This document shows, in pieces, positions 1 through 11,800 of a DNA stretch of 64,000 nucleotides (positions are counted from its first letter, which is position 1; every line of letters starts with the position of its first letter). The notes beneath the pieces are model-generated. The model made no database searches. It was not told the origin of the DNA and saw nothing but the letters and a program-made list of their open reading frames with translations. Origin of the DNA: Anthoceros angustus (Eukaryota > Plantae > Anthocerotophyta); contig MU008201.1 in assembly GCA_010909165.1 (NCBI GenBank), positions 248,001 through 312,000 on the forward strand, read 5' to 3'. Position numbers and translations under genes: made by a program.

Positions 1-1940
1 AACAAAATGGTCATACACAAATATAAAATAAAATTCTTGTTGGTACTACTCATTGTACGTTATCTCATATGAGTTTAGGTCCAATTTTTTTGGGTTGAAG
101 CAGTTCAAACAGTTGCTTGCGTTGTGAACAAGATTGTTTCTGATGTTCAGGCATTGTGGATTGGTGTGGTTCCTTCTTCTAAAATCTATGTGTGTTTAGA
201 TGTGTAGCGTTTTCCTTGGGTTGTCGTTTGTTTGATCCTAGTACTCGACAAATTATTTCAAGTTGAGATGTTATTTTTTGTGAAGATTTGTCTTTGAAGG
301 ATTCAGTTCGTTCTTCTCAGCCATGTGATCATGATCTTATTTTTGAACAGTTTCTTCTTTATTATCCTCATATCATGATGATCACTACTTTTTTTATGAA
401 GTTTTCGATTCGAATTCTTAGAATGATACTCAAAATGATCAACACAATGATCGTGGTGTACATCAACATGTTGTCGGTGAAGTTGTTTCAAATCTTCCGA
501 ATTTTCGTGATGGATTTCAAGATAATATTCTTCCTGAATCTCCAGGTCTTTCTCACAATTTTGCTGGGGTTCCTCGACATAATCATGTTATTCCATGTGA
601 TCTTGTGCCACCAAATGTAGTTCGTCGTCCTGAACGATTATATATTCCTTCTCATCGACAATTAGAAATTTATGAAATTGATGATGTTGTTGGTCTTATC
701 TCGGCGGCTCATCCTGAGCCTCAATCAATTGCTGAGGCCTAGGCTTCCCCGCAATGGTCTTTGTGGGAGCATGTTTTGCAAGATGAGTGGAACTCACTCT
801 TGCAAATTGAAACGTGGGAGGTTGTTCCACTTCTTGCAAGTTGTAAACCTGTTGGTTGTAAGTGGGTCTGATCCTTAAAATTAAATATAATGTTGATGGG
901 TCCATTGAGCATTATTAAGCTCGATTGGTTGTTGCGGGGTATTCACAAGTTGAAGATATTGATTATAAGCAGACTTTTTCGCCACTTGTAAAACTTCCTT
1001 TTGTTTGTGTTCAACTTGCTTTAACTGCTTTCTTCAATCTTGAAATATGTTGGATGGATGTCAAAATTGCATTTTTGAATGGTGATCTAGATAAAGAAAT
1101 TTATATGGAACAACCCCAACCATTTAATAATGATATGCTGATATGTAGACACGCCAGCAAGACTTCTAATGTTTATTGTCAATGGGCCAAGCATATTTTG
1201 CACTATTTGTGTGGATCTTCTTTTCATGGATTATGTTTTGGTGATTCTACTGTTAACATTAAGCACTGTGCCTTAACGTTTTGTTGGCTATTTTGATTCT
1301 GATTGGGGAGGAGATAAACAAACTCGTCATTCTACTCTAGGATATGCTTTTGATATTTTTAGTTCTCTTGCTAGTTCAAGTACTAAGTCACAACCTACTA
1401 TTGCTCTCTCTTCTACGGAGGTAGAATACATGGCACCAATACATGCTACTAAGGAGGTGGTTTGGTTGCGACTTCTTCTACAGGAACTTGGTTATACTCA
1501 AACAGAATCTAGAATTTTACATTCGGATAAGTAGAGTAGTCTCAAGGTTGTGCATAATCTTGAGTTTCATTAGCGTATGAATTTTATATTCATAAGAAGA
1601 TAGAAAAAGGCTTCATCGATTTCCTCTATGCTTTTGCAAATTCTACGAAGGCAGATGGTTTCACCAAAGTTCTTCCTCTTAACAAAGTTCAAAGAGTTTG
1701 TGCAACATTTGCACATAATTCCTATATCTGAACTATTTAAATCTTCCACTGCCACAAAAGATCTCTTAAACAATAAGTCTTAAGCATGGCTTTTTCCTGA
1801 CATATGGTAGGTTTTTTCCCTAATAATTTTTTGCTGTTATTAAGGTTTTTAATGCTGCTTACGAGTTCCTCTCTTGTCACACGTCTTGTATAACGAGACT
1901 TCTACATCAAGTGTTTGACTAGATTGGAGAGGGGAGGTGA
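1..1940 (+). mobile_element. Degenerate Ty1/Copia LTR retrotransposon fragment (integrase C-terminus, internally deleted RT, RNase H, polypurine tract)
   Basis: Motifs RLFDP..DVIFCE (~225-290), KARLVVAGYSQVEDIDYKQTFSP and MDVKIAFLNGDLDKEIYMEQP (925-1120), DSDWGGD...IALSSTEVEYMA...KEVVWLR (1295-1480); purine-rich GGAGAGGGGAGG near 1926. Many stops and frameshifts. Confidence 0.85.
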
Positions 1941-2832
1941 GAAAAGTACAACTAGTTTTATCCCTTTTGTCTGCTCCTTCTATGGGTCTCCTTCCAATCT
2001 CTACTGTCAACATTGGTCCGCGGTCGATAGGGTTTCGGTGTTGGCCTTAGCAGCTGGCACGAGGCAAGGGGATCCGTTGGGGGGCGCCCTTTTTGCCATG
2101 GCTCATTTTTGGGCTCTGTCCATAACTACCTCCTCGTTTTGGGATTGTATGTATCCCTCAATGGCGGACGACAACCATATCATGGAGTTAGGTGACTGGG
2201 TCCAGGGGGCTTTTGAACTCTTCTCTTCGGAGCTCTCCCGCCTCGGTCAAAAGATGAAGATTTTGAAGTGTAGGGTCTGGTCCTTCTCCGGCGTGGTGCC
2301 CTCTCTTCAGTATCCTAATTAGGGGGATATTGCTTTCCCATACGGCCTTCATGTTTTACGGGTCTCGATGGGGCCCCCAACTTTCATATAGGAATTTGTA
2401 GATGCAGCTTTGCAGGAGGACCTGGCACATATATGCGATCTCTCGCAATTGGGGGATCCACATGTGGCATTAGGTATTATATATTCTTGTTTTGCACGTC
2501 GACCATGTTACCTCCTTCGCACAGTTCCGCCCTCCTCGGGTTTCTTGTCCAACCTAAGGGATTTTGACAGGCAAGTTCTGCAGGCGCTCGCTGACATCAT
2601 TGGCCCGGGCACCTTCGAGTGTGCCCCTGGGGACTTGACCAGGCGACATGCATCCCTCCCCGTCGCGTTTTGGGGTCCTGGTCTTTTGGCCACGGAAGCC
2701 TCTGCGCCGGCGGCTTTCCTTGGGAGTTGGGCCCTCTCTGCTCCCATCCTGGTCTCCTGTTTCATCATCAGGGACCCTTGCATTTTGGAGTCCTTCATCG
2801 CGGGAGTGGAGGAGGGCATTTTTCCCCTACAT

Positions 2833-3290
2833 CTATCGGAGGTATGCTGTGAAGTACGAGAGGGACAGCCCCGCACCGTGCCTGCGTGCATGGCAAGCTT
2901 TGGCACAGGACTTGACAAATTTGTCAAAGTCCTCAGCCATTGCCTCATACGTTTCTAGTGGAAGCGGAATAAAGAGGTGGCCCACTTGCATCCTGCTATA
3001 TTTGCGCACCTTCAGAGCCACTGCTCCGGCAGCAGCCCAACCTGGACGGTTAGTGATAACCTGGGCGGAGATGGTGTCACATACTCCTAGGATCAATAAT
3101 CACCATATCCTCCACCAAAACCTGGTCGCCACGGACAAGGTACAAGTCGGCCCTGATTGAAGGACATGTACGGAGAGTATACCCCCGCTATCTCCAGGCC
3201 ATGTAGCCGCTTTTACGAGCGATGGTGAACATGACATTGCGGATGACATCGTGAGTGGCAATGCGATGACCCCATGATGAAGATGAGGAA
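2833..3290 (-). mobile_element. Opposite-strand fragment of an RLE-type endonuclease domain from a second non-LTR element
   Basis: Minus-strand translation HRIATHDVIRNV..ARKSGY / RADLYLVRGDQVLVEDMVIIDP / AAAGAVALKVRKY...FIPLPLETYEA, matching the RH/HD, R.D, D..I.DP, K..KY and F.P...E pattern of RLE domains. Confidence 0.7.
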
Positions 3291-3660
3291 AAATAGACTG
3301 TAGGAAATGGAAAGAGCATGGTGCCTTGGGTAAGGTTTTTTCTCGTTTTATCAAGGAGTGTGCTTTTATCAAGGAGTGTGCAAGGGCCCACGATAGGGAC
3401 GAGGTTAGCCTCCGTTTTTGATTGTCGTGGCTTATTTCAGGTAATGGATTTCATCGCCCTGCAAAGGGTATTGACCAGTGCCATCTTTAGAACGAAGACG
3501 CGGCATCGGTGGCACGAGTGTAAGCCCTTCCCTACATATGGCCCTTCCCTACATGAGACGGCGACATCTTAGGAGCGGTTGCGAGTTATCGGATAGATTA
3601 GTGTGGGGGGCATGGAGGCTGGGGAGGCTGGGGAGGCTGCGGGCGGCGCGTTGTGCCGCG

Positions 3661-3832
3661 TCGTGGGTTATCCCCTTTCGGCCCGGGGTGGATGGGATTC
3701 CCGTCGTGGGTTATCCCCTTCCGGCCCGGGGTGGATGGGATTCCCGTCGTGGGTTATCCAGTAGCGGCCCTGGGTGGATGGGATTCCCGTCGTGGGTTAT
3801 CCCCTTCGGCCCGGGGTTGATGGAATTTCCCA
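3661..3832. repeat. Tandem repeat, 4 x ~43 bp (TCGTGGGTTATCCCCTTYCGGCCCGGGGTGGATGGGATTCCCG)
   Basis: Units visible at ~3661, 3704, 3747 and 3790. Confidence 0.9.
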
Positions 3833-4673
3833 TCTAGTTCTTTTTGTAAAGTCTCCACATTCCCCGTTTGTGGAGGTAACCAAGACGCTGGAGGCATGTC
3901 ACTGCCTGACCGAGCCTGTTACCTTTAACAGTACGAGACCAGCCCTGGTTTGTTCTTTGTTCCAGTCGCCTACTTCGTCGCTGAGCCGGCCGCCGATCGG
4001 GGAACTCTCCTCCTGTCCTACGACTAGTCTATGCTACAGTAAGATGCTGGAGATGCTGCTGCCTATCTTGGGAAGAGCAGCGCATAGATGCCGGGTTCTT
4101 GAGGATCTTCGTTCACAGAATTCGCGCTCCCGAACTTGGTTAGGCCTGTGGCCTCGTAGTGGTCGTCTCCTCCTATGCTGAGCAGCGGGCAATGGCCAGG
4201 TTGAGCTGGTCCACATTATCGTCCAGATGGCATCCTGCGGGCATGCCGGATGTGAGAGAAAAGTTCAAGGTGAGTGAATGTCAGGTGCAAGAGTTTGTGG
4301 GTTTTGCAGATTTCATGCTGTGCAGATTTCATTTTGATTTTGACCATCGTCATCCAGGGACAGTTTTCTCGGCATCACCGTGACCTTTGAAGGAGATGTT
4401 CTGCTGTATTCTGTGCTGCTTACATGTGTTTCACGATTCGTGGCACAGTTTCACGATTCGTGGCTAGTTCTTCCAGGCATTTCAGGTTGTGGATGTCAGA
4501 TGTTGCAAGGAAGTATGGATTCTCATGCTATGGGCAGCACAATGGATGATACAGGATATTAGATGGTGCAAGACGAAGGAAGTAAGGATTCTCATGCTAT
4601 AGGCAGAATGGGGCCACAGGTACACATTGGAGAAGTGATGATCGGTGTTCACGTGATACAGGGCCTGAGGTGG

Positions 4674-7600
4674 TCAATTGTTCACGACTGCCTGACCCTT
4701 TTCTGCAGCTTGCATCAACTGGGCGGCTATGACCTTCCCGCTTTGCAAAACCATGTTGGCAAACACTCCCGGCTCCTCCGTTTCGGATGCCTGGCGTAGC
4801 AGGTTGGCGGGGGAGTCGAATTCCGCAATGCGCCCGCCCTTGGCCAGCACCAGGAGCAGGTCGGAGTCGATCACTGTCTCGATTCTGTGGGCGATTGTGA
4901 GGACAGTACAGTCTCGGAACACCTCACGCATGGTTGTTTGAATGAGTTGGTCGGTCTCTCCGTCCACAGCGGCTGTGGCCTCGTCCATGACGATGATTCG
5001 TGACTTGCGGAGGAGGGCTCTGGCAAGGCAGAGGAGTTGCCGTTGTCCAACGCTGAAGTTCTCCCCGTTGCTCACGACCATGCTGTCCAGGCTCTGGACC
5101 TTCTTCTTCAGGTGCACTTTGCGGATGGCCTCGTTGATGTCCTCATCTGCGTGCTGGTTGAAGGGGTCCAGGTTGATTCTGACTGTGCCTCGGAAGAGGA
5201 CAGGGTCTTGGGGGATGATAGACAAGCGTTGCCGGAGGTCATCTAAGCCTACAGATTTGATGTCTATGCCGTCCACCAGGATGGAGCCGGAGCAAGCCTT
5301 GTTCTCCACCATCCGGAACAGGGCTGCTGCAAGGCTGGACTTGCCGGCTCCAGTGCGCCCTAAAATGCCCACCTTCTTCATTGGTTCGATGGAGAAGGAG
5401 AGGTTGTGGAGGACTGGAGGCAAGTCCTCTCTGTAGGCCATGGTGTAGTCTGAGAATTCTATGGCACCTGTGCTGGGCCAGGCATCTGGGATCACTCCTG
5501 GAGGTGTGTGGGGATCTGCTTCGGTTGAGAGGTTGGCGTATGTTTGGATCCTCTCTACACTGGTAAAGTAGTTCTCGGTCTCTGCAGCCATGCGGATACC
5601 GTACTGGAAGAAGCCAGTGAGCTGCAGGGCCTGCACCAGGACAACTCCAGTTATTCCTGGACCAAGCTTGTGTCTGAGAAGGACCACCAGGAGGGCAGCT
5701 ACTGCAACGCACATGGCAGCGAGGCAGTCCAGCCTGATGCCCAGCCAGCGTCCAGCATGCACGAGCAGAATGTATGCCCGGTGGTTGGCATCAACCAGTG
5801 CGATGATGCGTTTGTGGGCTCGGGATCCCACCCCGTACGCCCGTATTGATGTCACTCCTGCCAGGGTCTGTGCAAAGTGCTCGTACATTGGGGACCGAGA
5901 TATGCCGTCTAGCCTCTTGAGCTCCCTGGATACCACCATGTATCTACGCTGCAGAAAGAAGAAGCCCATGATGAATGGTGGCATGACAAAGAGGAACCAG
6001 GGGATGAGTACTGCGATTATGGCAAGCGAGCCGAGGCAGCCCACCAAGTTCTCTGCAGTGGTGAAGGCAGTGAAGGGAAGCAGCTCATCGACCAGTGCTT
6101 GGTCTTTGCTGAACCTGTTCACGATCCTGCCCACAGGGTTCTGGTCGAAGAAAAGTTGAGGAGACCTGAAGACCTTCTCAGCCATGTCTGAATGCATCTG
6201 CTTGGCTGCTCGGACTGTTGCTTCTGTGAAGAGGATGGCTCGGCATAGAGAGAGGCAAAGGGCACCTGTCGCAAAGACCGCGTATGTGATCATATACACC
6301 TTTGTATGGAGTCCATACTTTCTGTCCACCCACGCACTCAGCCAGTAGTCCACCATCACTCGTACTGATTGTGCTAGGCTGAAGGAGATCACCACCACTA
6401 CCCACAGGCCGATGCCTCCATCTCTGAAGTAAGCCACAAAGTTGGACCAGTCCACCACTCCTTGTGCTCTGTCTTCTTCCACTGTGATGGCTCCAGTACC
6501 TCCTTTTTTGCTGCTGGGCTTCTCATCCCCATGCGCAGTTCGCTCATCTGCATCTTTATCTGTTGGAATGTGGTCCGGCTTGGGGTGGAGGATTTGCTCA
6601 CCAACCTGCTCTCCTGTCTCATCCGGTCCTGCAACTGTCTCCTCATGCACCTCTACATCAGCTTCTGTTGTCTGCACGCTCTGATCCTCGTCCTCTTTTT
6701 CTGTGAAGCCTTGGACTGCACTGTGCTTCAAGATGTCCTCCTTCGTCATACTTCGGAGCTGACCATTGTCCATAAGATAAACCCTATTGCAGTACTGCAG
6801 GGAAGTCCTATTGTGGGTAACAAGGATGACTGTCCTGCCCTTCAGAACTCCATCCAAGACATGCACCATCAAATGCTTTGCAGTTGGCACATCAACAGCA
6901 GCAAGAGGATCATCCAAAAACACAACGTTCACATCGCTATAGCACGCACGGGCCAAGCTGATCCTTGCCTTCTGACCCCCGCTCAGATTGATCCCCCTCT
7001 CCCCAATCTCTGTGCCATCTCCAGCTTCAAACTGGGTAAGGTCATGCTCCAAAGCACATGCAAATATGACTTGCTTGTACCTCGCTTCATCGTACTGCTG
7101 TCCAAAGATGATATTGTCTCTCACCGTTCCGTTGAATATCCATGGCTGCTGGGGCACATAAGCAACCCTCCCCTCAGTGTGATGAATCCCACCCAGAGTA
7201 CGCATCTCTCCTAAAAGGGCAAGAAGCAGGGAGCTTTTCCCACTCCCAACAGGCCCGACAATAGCCACCAAATCACCTCTTTCCACCTTCATGTTGACGT
7301 TGTTCAGAATAAATCGGCCAGCAGTATCCGACAAAGACCGTTGCAGCTGTTGCTCAACCGTATCCCCATCTGCAATCCTCAGACTCGTGCTTCTCCGGAA
7401 GCTACTAGAACTCCTCCTCGCACTCCTCCTCAGGCTTCCACTCCGGTCCTTGGAAAAGCTCTTCACGGGATTGTCAGTGACATTCCAGGAGAAAGTACAA
7501 CCGACTGCAGCAACGGCTTCTTTGGGAGCACCATCAGGTCCATAAGCTTTCTTCAGCCGCTCCACCGTCTCCTGATCCGAATTCCCATTAGGTAGGTCAA

Positions 7601-8816
7601 GCAGGGACTGCAGCCTTCCCACAGATATAAGAGCCTCTCCGAAAATCTGCACCCCCGTTGGCGCAATGGAATAAGTCCTCACAAGCACGCTGAACAGAGC
7701 CAAAATGGTGAACGCCTTGCTCGGGTTCAGGTCCCCATGATGCAACGCCACGTACGTCCCGAACGTGGCCAACGTCGCAAACGGAGTCACAGAATCCTTA
7801 ATAGCCGACGTGCAAGCCCTCAAGAAGGCAGTTCTCCTGATCCAATGCAGCTCCGCCTTCCGCAGATCCTCCACCTGCCGCAGAAACGCCGAAGTCCATC
7901 CATTGTACTTCACGACCCGGATTCCAGTCAGGATCTCCGCCACCATCCTCACCCTGGCATCGGTCAGCTTAACAGCCTTGCTCCTCAGCCTCCCGACAGC
8001 CCGGGCCATCCAGACCTGCAACGGCAGCGTCAAGAGCCCCAACGCCACCCCTGGAATTGCACTCACTCCAGCTTCCCAGATACAGAACCCTGCAACCACG
8101 ACGATTTCCACGACCGAGAACCACACGAAGTGGAAGTACATGGCAGCATCCAGCATCTTCTGCGTGTCATTCGTCACGAGGTTCAGCATCTGCCCGCTGC
8201 TGCTCTCCGCCAAGGCCACAGACTTCATCTCCAACACCTTCTCCAACACCGCCAAGGCCACGATAGACCGCATCTTCATCCCCACCTTCTGGCTGCGCGT
8301 GAAACAACTATGCTGGGTCACGCTCATCCCAGAAGACGTCACTAGCATTGCAACAACCAGCAACATCCCCCACCACCATTGCAGGTGCCTATCCTCCTCA
8401 GCACTCTTCACCAGGGCCTTGAGCACATACACCTGCAGCAACACCAGGGCCAGCCACACCGGCTTGTACAACGACGCCAGAAAGTACTCCCTCCCAAGAG
8501 CAGAAAAAAGCAGACTCCACACCGAGACCCTCCTCCCTGCTCCCAGCCCACCATTATATGCATGCTGCTTTCTCCCAATGGCAGCCTTCCACTGCTTCTC
8601 AGAGTACTCGGTCGTCTCCTTCGGATTCAGATCATACAGATCCTCTGCCTGAAGAGGCCTCTTGTTCCCCGTCTTCACCAGCAAGTAAACCCATTGCCAG
8701 AGATGCCAGTTGATTACGTTCGCCCTCAGCTCCGGGCTGGGTCCAGCTGTGGGCATACGAAACTCCCGCCCATCACATGCATCCACGTCGGTTCCATCCT
8801 TCTGCTCAGAATCCAT
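4674..8816 (-). CDS. ABCC: ABC transporter subfamily C (MRP-like), short form without TMD0, single exon, 1380 aa
   Basis: Continuous ORF with TMD1-NBD1-TMD2-NBD2. NBD1: GPVGSGKSS, LSGGQ, VFLDD, VTHN. NBD2: GRTGAGKSS, FSVGQRQ, IVMDEAT, IAHR. Lasso-like KRPLQAEDLYDL; FFDQNPVGRIVNRFSKD. Confidence 0.95.
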   Translation of the reverse strand: MDSEQKDGTDVDACDGREFRMPTAGPSPELRANVINWHLWQWVYLLVKTGNKRPLQAEDLYDLNPKETTEYSEKQWKAAIGRKQHAYNGGLGAGRRVSVWSLLFSALGREYFLASLYKPVWLALVLLQVYVLKALVKSAEEDRHLQWWWGMLLVVAMLVTSSGMSVTQHSCFTRSQKVGMKMRSIVALAVLEKVLEMKSVALAESSSGQMLNLVTNDTQKMLDAAMYFHFVWFSVVEIVVVAGFCIWEAGVSAIPGVALGLLTLPLQVWMARAVGRLRSKAVKLTDARVRMVAEILTGIRVVKYNGWTSAFLRQVEDLRKAELHWIRRTAFLRACTSAIKDSVTPFATLATFGTYVALHHGDLNPSKAFTILALFSVLVRTYSIAPTGVQIFGEALISVGRLQSLLDLPNGNSDQETVERLKKAYGPDGAPKEAVAAVGCTFSWNVTDNPVKSFSKDRSGSLRRSARRSSSSFRRSTSLRIADGDTVEQQLQRSLSDTAGRFILNNVNMKVERGDLVAIVGPVGSGKSSLLLALLGEMRTLGGIHHTEGRVAYVPQQPWIFNGTVRDNIIFGQQYDEARYKQVIFACALEHDLTQFEAGDGTEIGERGINLSGGQKARISLARACYSDVNVVFLDDPLAAVDVPTAKHLMVHVLDGVLKGRTVILVTHNRTSLQYCNRVYLMDNGQLRSMTKEDILKHSAVQGFTEKEDEDQSVQTTEADVEVHEETVAGPDETGEQVGEQILHPKPDHIPTDKDADERTAHGDEKPSSKKGGTGAITVEEDRAQGVVDWSNFVAYFRDGGIGLWVVVVISFSLAQSVRVMVDYWLSAWVDRKYGLHTKVYMITYAVFATGALCLSLCRAILFTEATVRAAKQMHSDMAEKVFRSPQLFFDQNPVGRIVNRFSKDQALVDELLPFTAFTTAENLVGCLGSLAIIAVLIPWFLFVMPPFIMGFFFLQRRYMVVSRELKRLDGISRSPMYEHFAQTLAGVTSIRAYGVGSRAHKRIIALVDANHRAYILLVHAGRWLGIRLDCLAAMCVAVAALLVVLLRHKLGPGITGVVLVQALQLTGFFQYGIRMAAETENYFTSVERIQTYANLSTEADPHTPPGVIPDAWPSTGAIEFSDYTMAYREDLPPVLHNLSFSIEPMKKVGILGRTGAGKSSLAAALFRMVENKACSGSILVDGIDIKSVGLDDLRQRLSIIPQDPVLFRGTVRINLDPFNQHADEDINEAIRKVHLKKKVQSLDSMVVSNGENFSVGQRQLLCLARALLRKSRIIVMDEATAAVDGETDQLIQTTMREVFRDCTVLTIAHRIETVIDSDLLLVLAKGGRIAEFDSPANLLRQASETEEPGVFANMVLQSGKVIAAQLMQAAEKGQAVVNN

Positions 8817-11800
8817 CGTTCTTCCGAATCAGATACGAAGTCACCCAACAAAGCCCACTTCCTTCGTGATTCCCGATCAATCTACCTCCACAATCGCCCC
8901 ACTACAAAATCCATCACCCATGGAAGATGCAGGTCCAGGCCATCGAGCAAGTACAGACTGCACAGAGGCTCCAGAGCCCTCTCCGAATTCCTTGTGCACC
9001 GCCCAAGAACTGAGACACCTGGGATGTGCATCCCGGATCGGATGGAGACCTGCAGAAGCACAGAAGAGGCACTCCTATTAACAAGGGAGGTCCAAGAGCG
9101 AAGCGCAGCATCGTCGCCCTCTCACTGGATGCTGAGAGCCTTGTCTCATGGGCGGAAGTGGCGGGGCAGATTCCGATAGGAGAGACAAGATCGAATCAGA
9201 ATCGTGAGCAAGTGCGGTGGAGAAATTCGTCACGCACGGAAGCGAGCCATTCTGATTCGACACCGCCCGCAGCAGGCTGCGGGTGCCGCGGGATATATAT
9301 AGAGCGAAGCATTTTCTGAGGAAAGAGGGCGTCGTGCAACTTGGGTGCTCCTTCTGCTTCGTTGGACCCTGTTGCATGGGCTACGGCAAAGATACCGCCT
9401 TCGTGCTATTCTAATGTGGAGTGGAGCAAGTTGTGGCGATTGTCGGTAGATTGCATCCTTTTGCTGTCGGACACCGGCCCTTTCGCTCCCTCTCCACAGC
9501 TGACATTTTGGCATGCGCTCGTCCAAATCCATTTCTGCTTCTGCATGCACATTCTTGGCCTGGGCCCCTGCAACCCAAAGGAAGCTCACAAGACGACTCC
9601 TACCTCCAGCTATTCCAGCATGGGTTCAGGGTAGACGATCGCGGCGGCTAGTTCCCTTTGGCCTCGGGCCCTTTAGTGGGTTGTTCCCCACCACCACGGT
9701 GTTCAGTGTCCATGGGATTCTCTATCTCTTGCATATTTTATAAACCCTCCATGTTCTCCCGTGCGATGCTGTATCTCTGCCTCCATGATGTCCTATCTCT
9801 GCATATTTTATAAAGTCTTCATGTTGTCCCTCCCGGTACTCCAGCAAACATTTTCTTACTGAAAAGATGGAGTGCGCCGAAGGGGTCAGCAAAGCGGGAT
9901 ATACCACCTATTAACAATGGACTGCCGCTGAAGAGCGACATTACAGTAAAAATTTATATTATTCTGGTGTACGGGGCCTTCAAGGTCTTACTATAGTGGG
10001 ATCCAATGCGGACATACACGAACCCGGACAGCTGAGGTCTGCTATCGAGCTTGAAAGGCCTTCCCTGCAGGGCCCATTTTGAGCCACACAAAAAAACAAC
10101 TCTTATATCACGGGCTTTACAAGAAATAAAGCACCAAGTGCCATGACAATCCGGACTCCGGCTTGACAAGTGATGGAGGAACATGAGACTTTTTTATGAA
10201 AAGGAGATGGGAAACTCATTTACCCAAAAGAAGAGGAACAACCCTTATGAGGGCACTAGACCTTGGGGGACTAACCCCCGATAAGTGGTAGAGGAACAAG
10301 AATAATGTGGAGATAGATGATACCATGTCGCTAGTGATTTGAAGGGTTATGTGAACTCATGATCACACCCAAGATGTCACTCTAAAAGGTAGGATACTCC
10401 AAGAGACACTTACATTGTCATATTATTCTAAACATATATCTTGGCCTGGGATCTAGACGAATGTTGCCTATCGACCCTGTGTAGATGGGACTTCCGATGG
10501 GACTTCCGCTTTGCATATTTTTATAAAGTTTCTAAGTTCTCGGGAGATATAACTTAAAAATATGTTATTTAGAATAATAAATATCTTTAAATTAAATTAT
10601 ATATTATTTTGATTTAAATTTAATTTATATTTGAATAAGATTCAAGTATGAGCTTTCAGTACTTGACTCTGTCAAACACATCAAAATCCATCACAAAGAT
10701 CATGATTTGAAACCAGGTTTTGAGATCTAAAAGCTTTAAAAACCGCACCTACGACATATGATTGCTACATAACCTTGTCTGAAAAAAAGGAGTTGTTGGG
10801 CACTTAATATCAAAATAATACTAAAGTAGGATACATATTATGAAAAAAGTAAATAGAATGAACTCACATTGCTCCTCTATACCACAAAGTTTGTAGAACA
10901 TTCATGCCTAAATTTTCAATTCAAAATGGGAAGTTACTTTAGCTCAAGAATATTTATTATATTTTAAAATATATTCTAAAAATCCATATTATTCATATCA
11001 TTATTCAAAACAGAGTACTAAATAATAATTAACAATAAATCTGTGAAAAAACTTGAAATTCGCTTTGGAATAATGGAATCTTTTATTGGAAAGAAACTCT
11101 CACTCACTTGTCCCAACTTTGTACATGATTTTTTGTGCTACCGTTGTCTAGAGGTTAAAGTTTCAAGTGGATACACCGATTTCATAACTTAATGATAGCA
11201 TAAATAAATCAAGCAATCAATCAAAAATAATTTTCTAAATCAGTAATTCTATATTTTTAAATAATTATAAAGTTAAGGAGTAAGATAATTATTGAAAAAA
11301 ATAAGATGATAATTGTAACATTTATTGGAGGATTATCTAAGCCATGACAAAAGACACTATGCTTTTAGTTCAGTAGTTTAACAAGCAGATGATTTATTCT
11401 AGGATATAAACTCTGGTTTTGAGATATATTTAAAGGATATGATATAGATATAATATTAATCATATTATCTCCAAGGAATCAACAATTTGGTAAGCTACAT
11501 ATTATTTTCAGCTTTCTCTTGGGAAGCTGGACAACGGAATCACTTGATGTGCAGCATTAAATAGAGCAGTCGGAAATAACGGTAACTCGCCTTTATGCAG
11601 GCGTATAGACGTTGGCAACTTTGGAGCTTGCAACGAGGTGACCTAAGCCTCCGTGGCATGTCAGCTGGTAGAGTGTGCCCCGTGAGCCCCGTCTCCCAAA
11701 TACTGAGAAGTTATTATGACCTAACAACGGCCCTGCGGTGGGCCATGTACGATATCTCTCTCTACGGCGTAGTCATATGTTATGCGACCATGGTTTCACA

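Larger units (their letters stand above)
1960..3850 (+). mobile_element. 5'-truncated non-LTR retrotransposon, probably of the restriction-like-endonuclease (CRE/RTEX-like) type
   Basis: RT motifs GTRQGDPLGGALF and ADDNHI (ORF 1915-2322), thumb-region ASLPVAFWGPGL...AAFLGSW (ORF 2410-2958), C-terminal AYFR..IALQRVLTSAI (~3430-3500), then a repeat-rich putative 3' UTR. Confidence 0.7.

Noticed and set aside
3661-3832. CRISPR-like appearance of palindromic repeats
   Set aside because: Units are contiguous with no unique spacers, there are no cas genes, and the context is eukaryotic.
4729-9179. Many long ORFs antisense to the ABCC, and likewise to the DUF688, PPR and root-cap genes
   Set aside because: Shadow ORFs expected from GC-rich codon usage; no recognisable domains.
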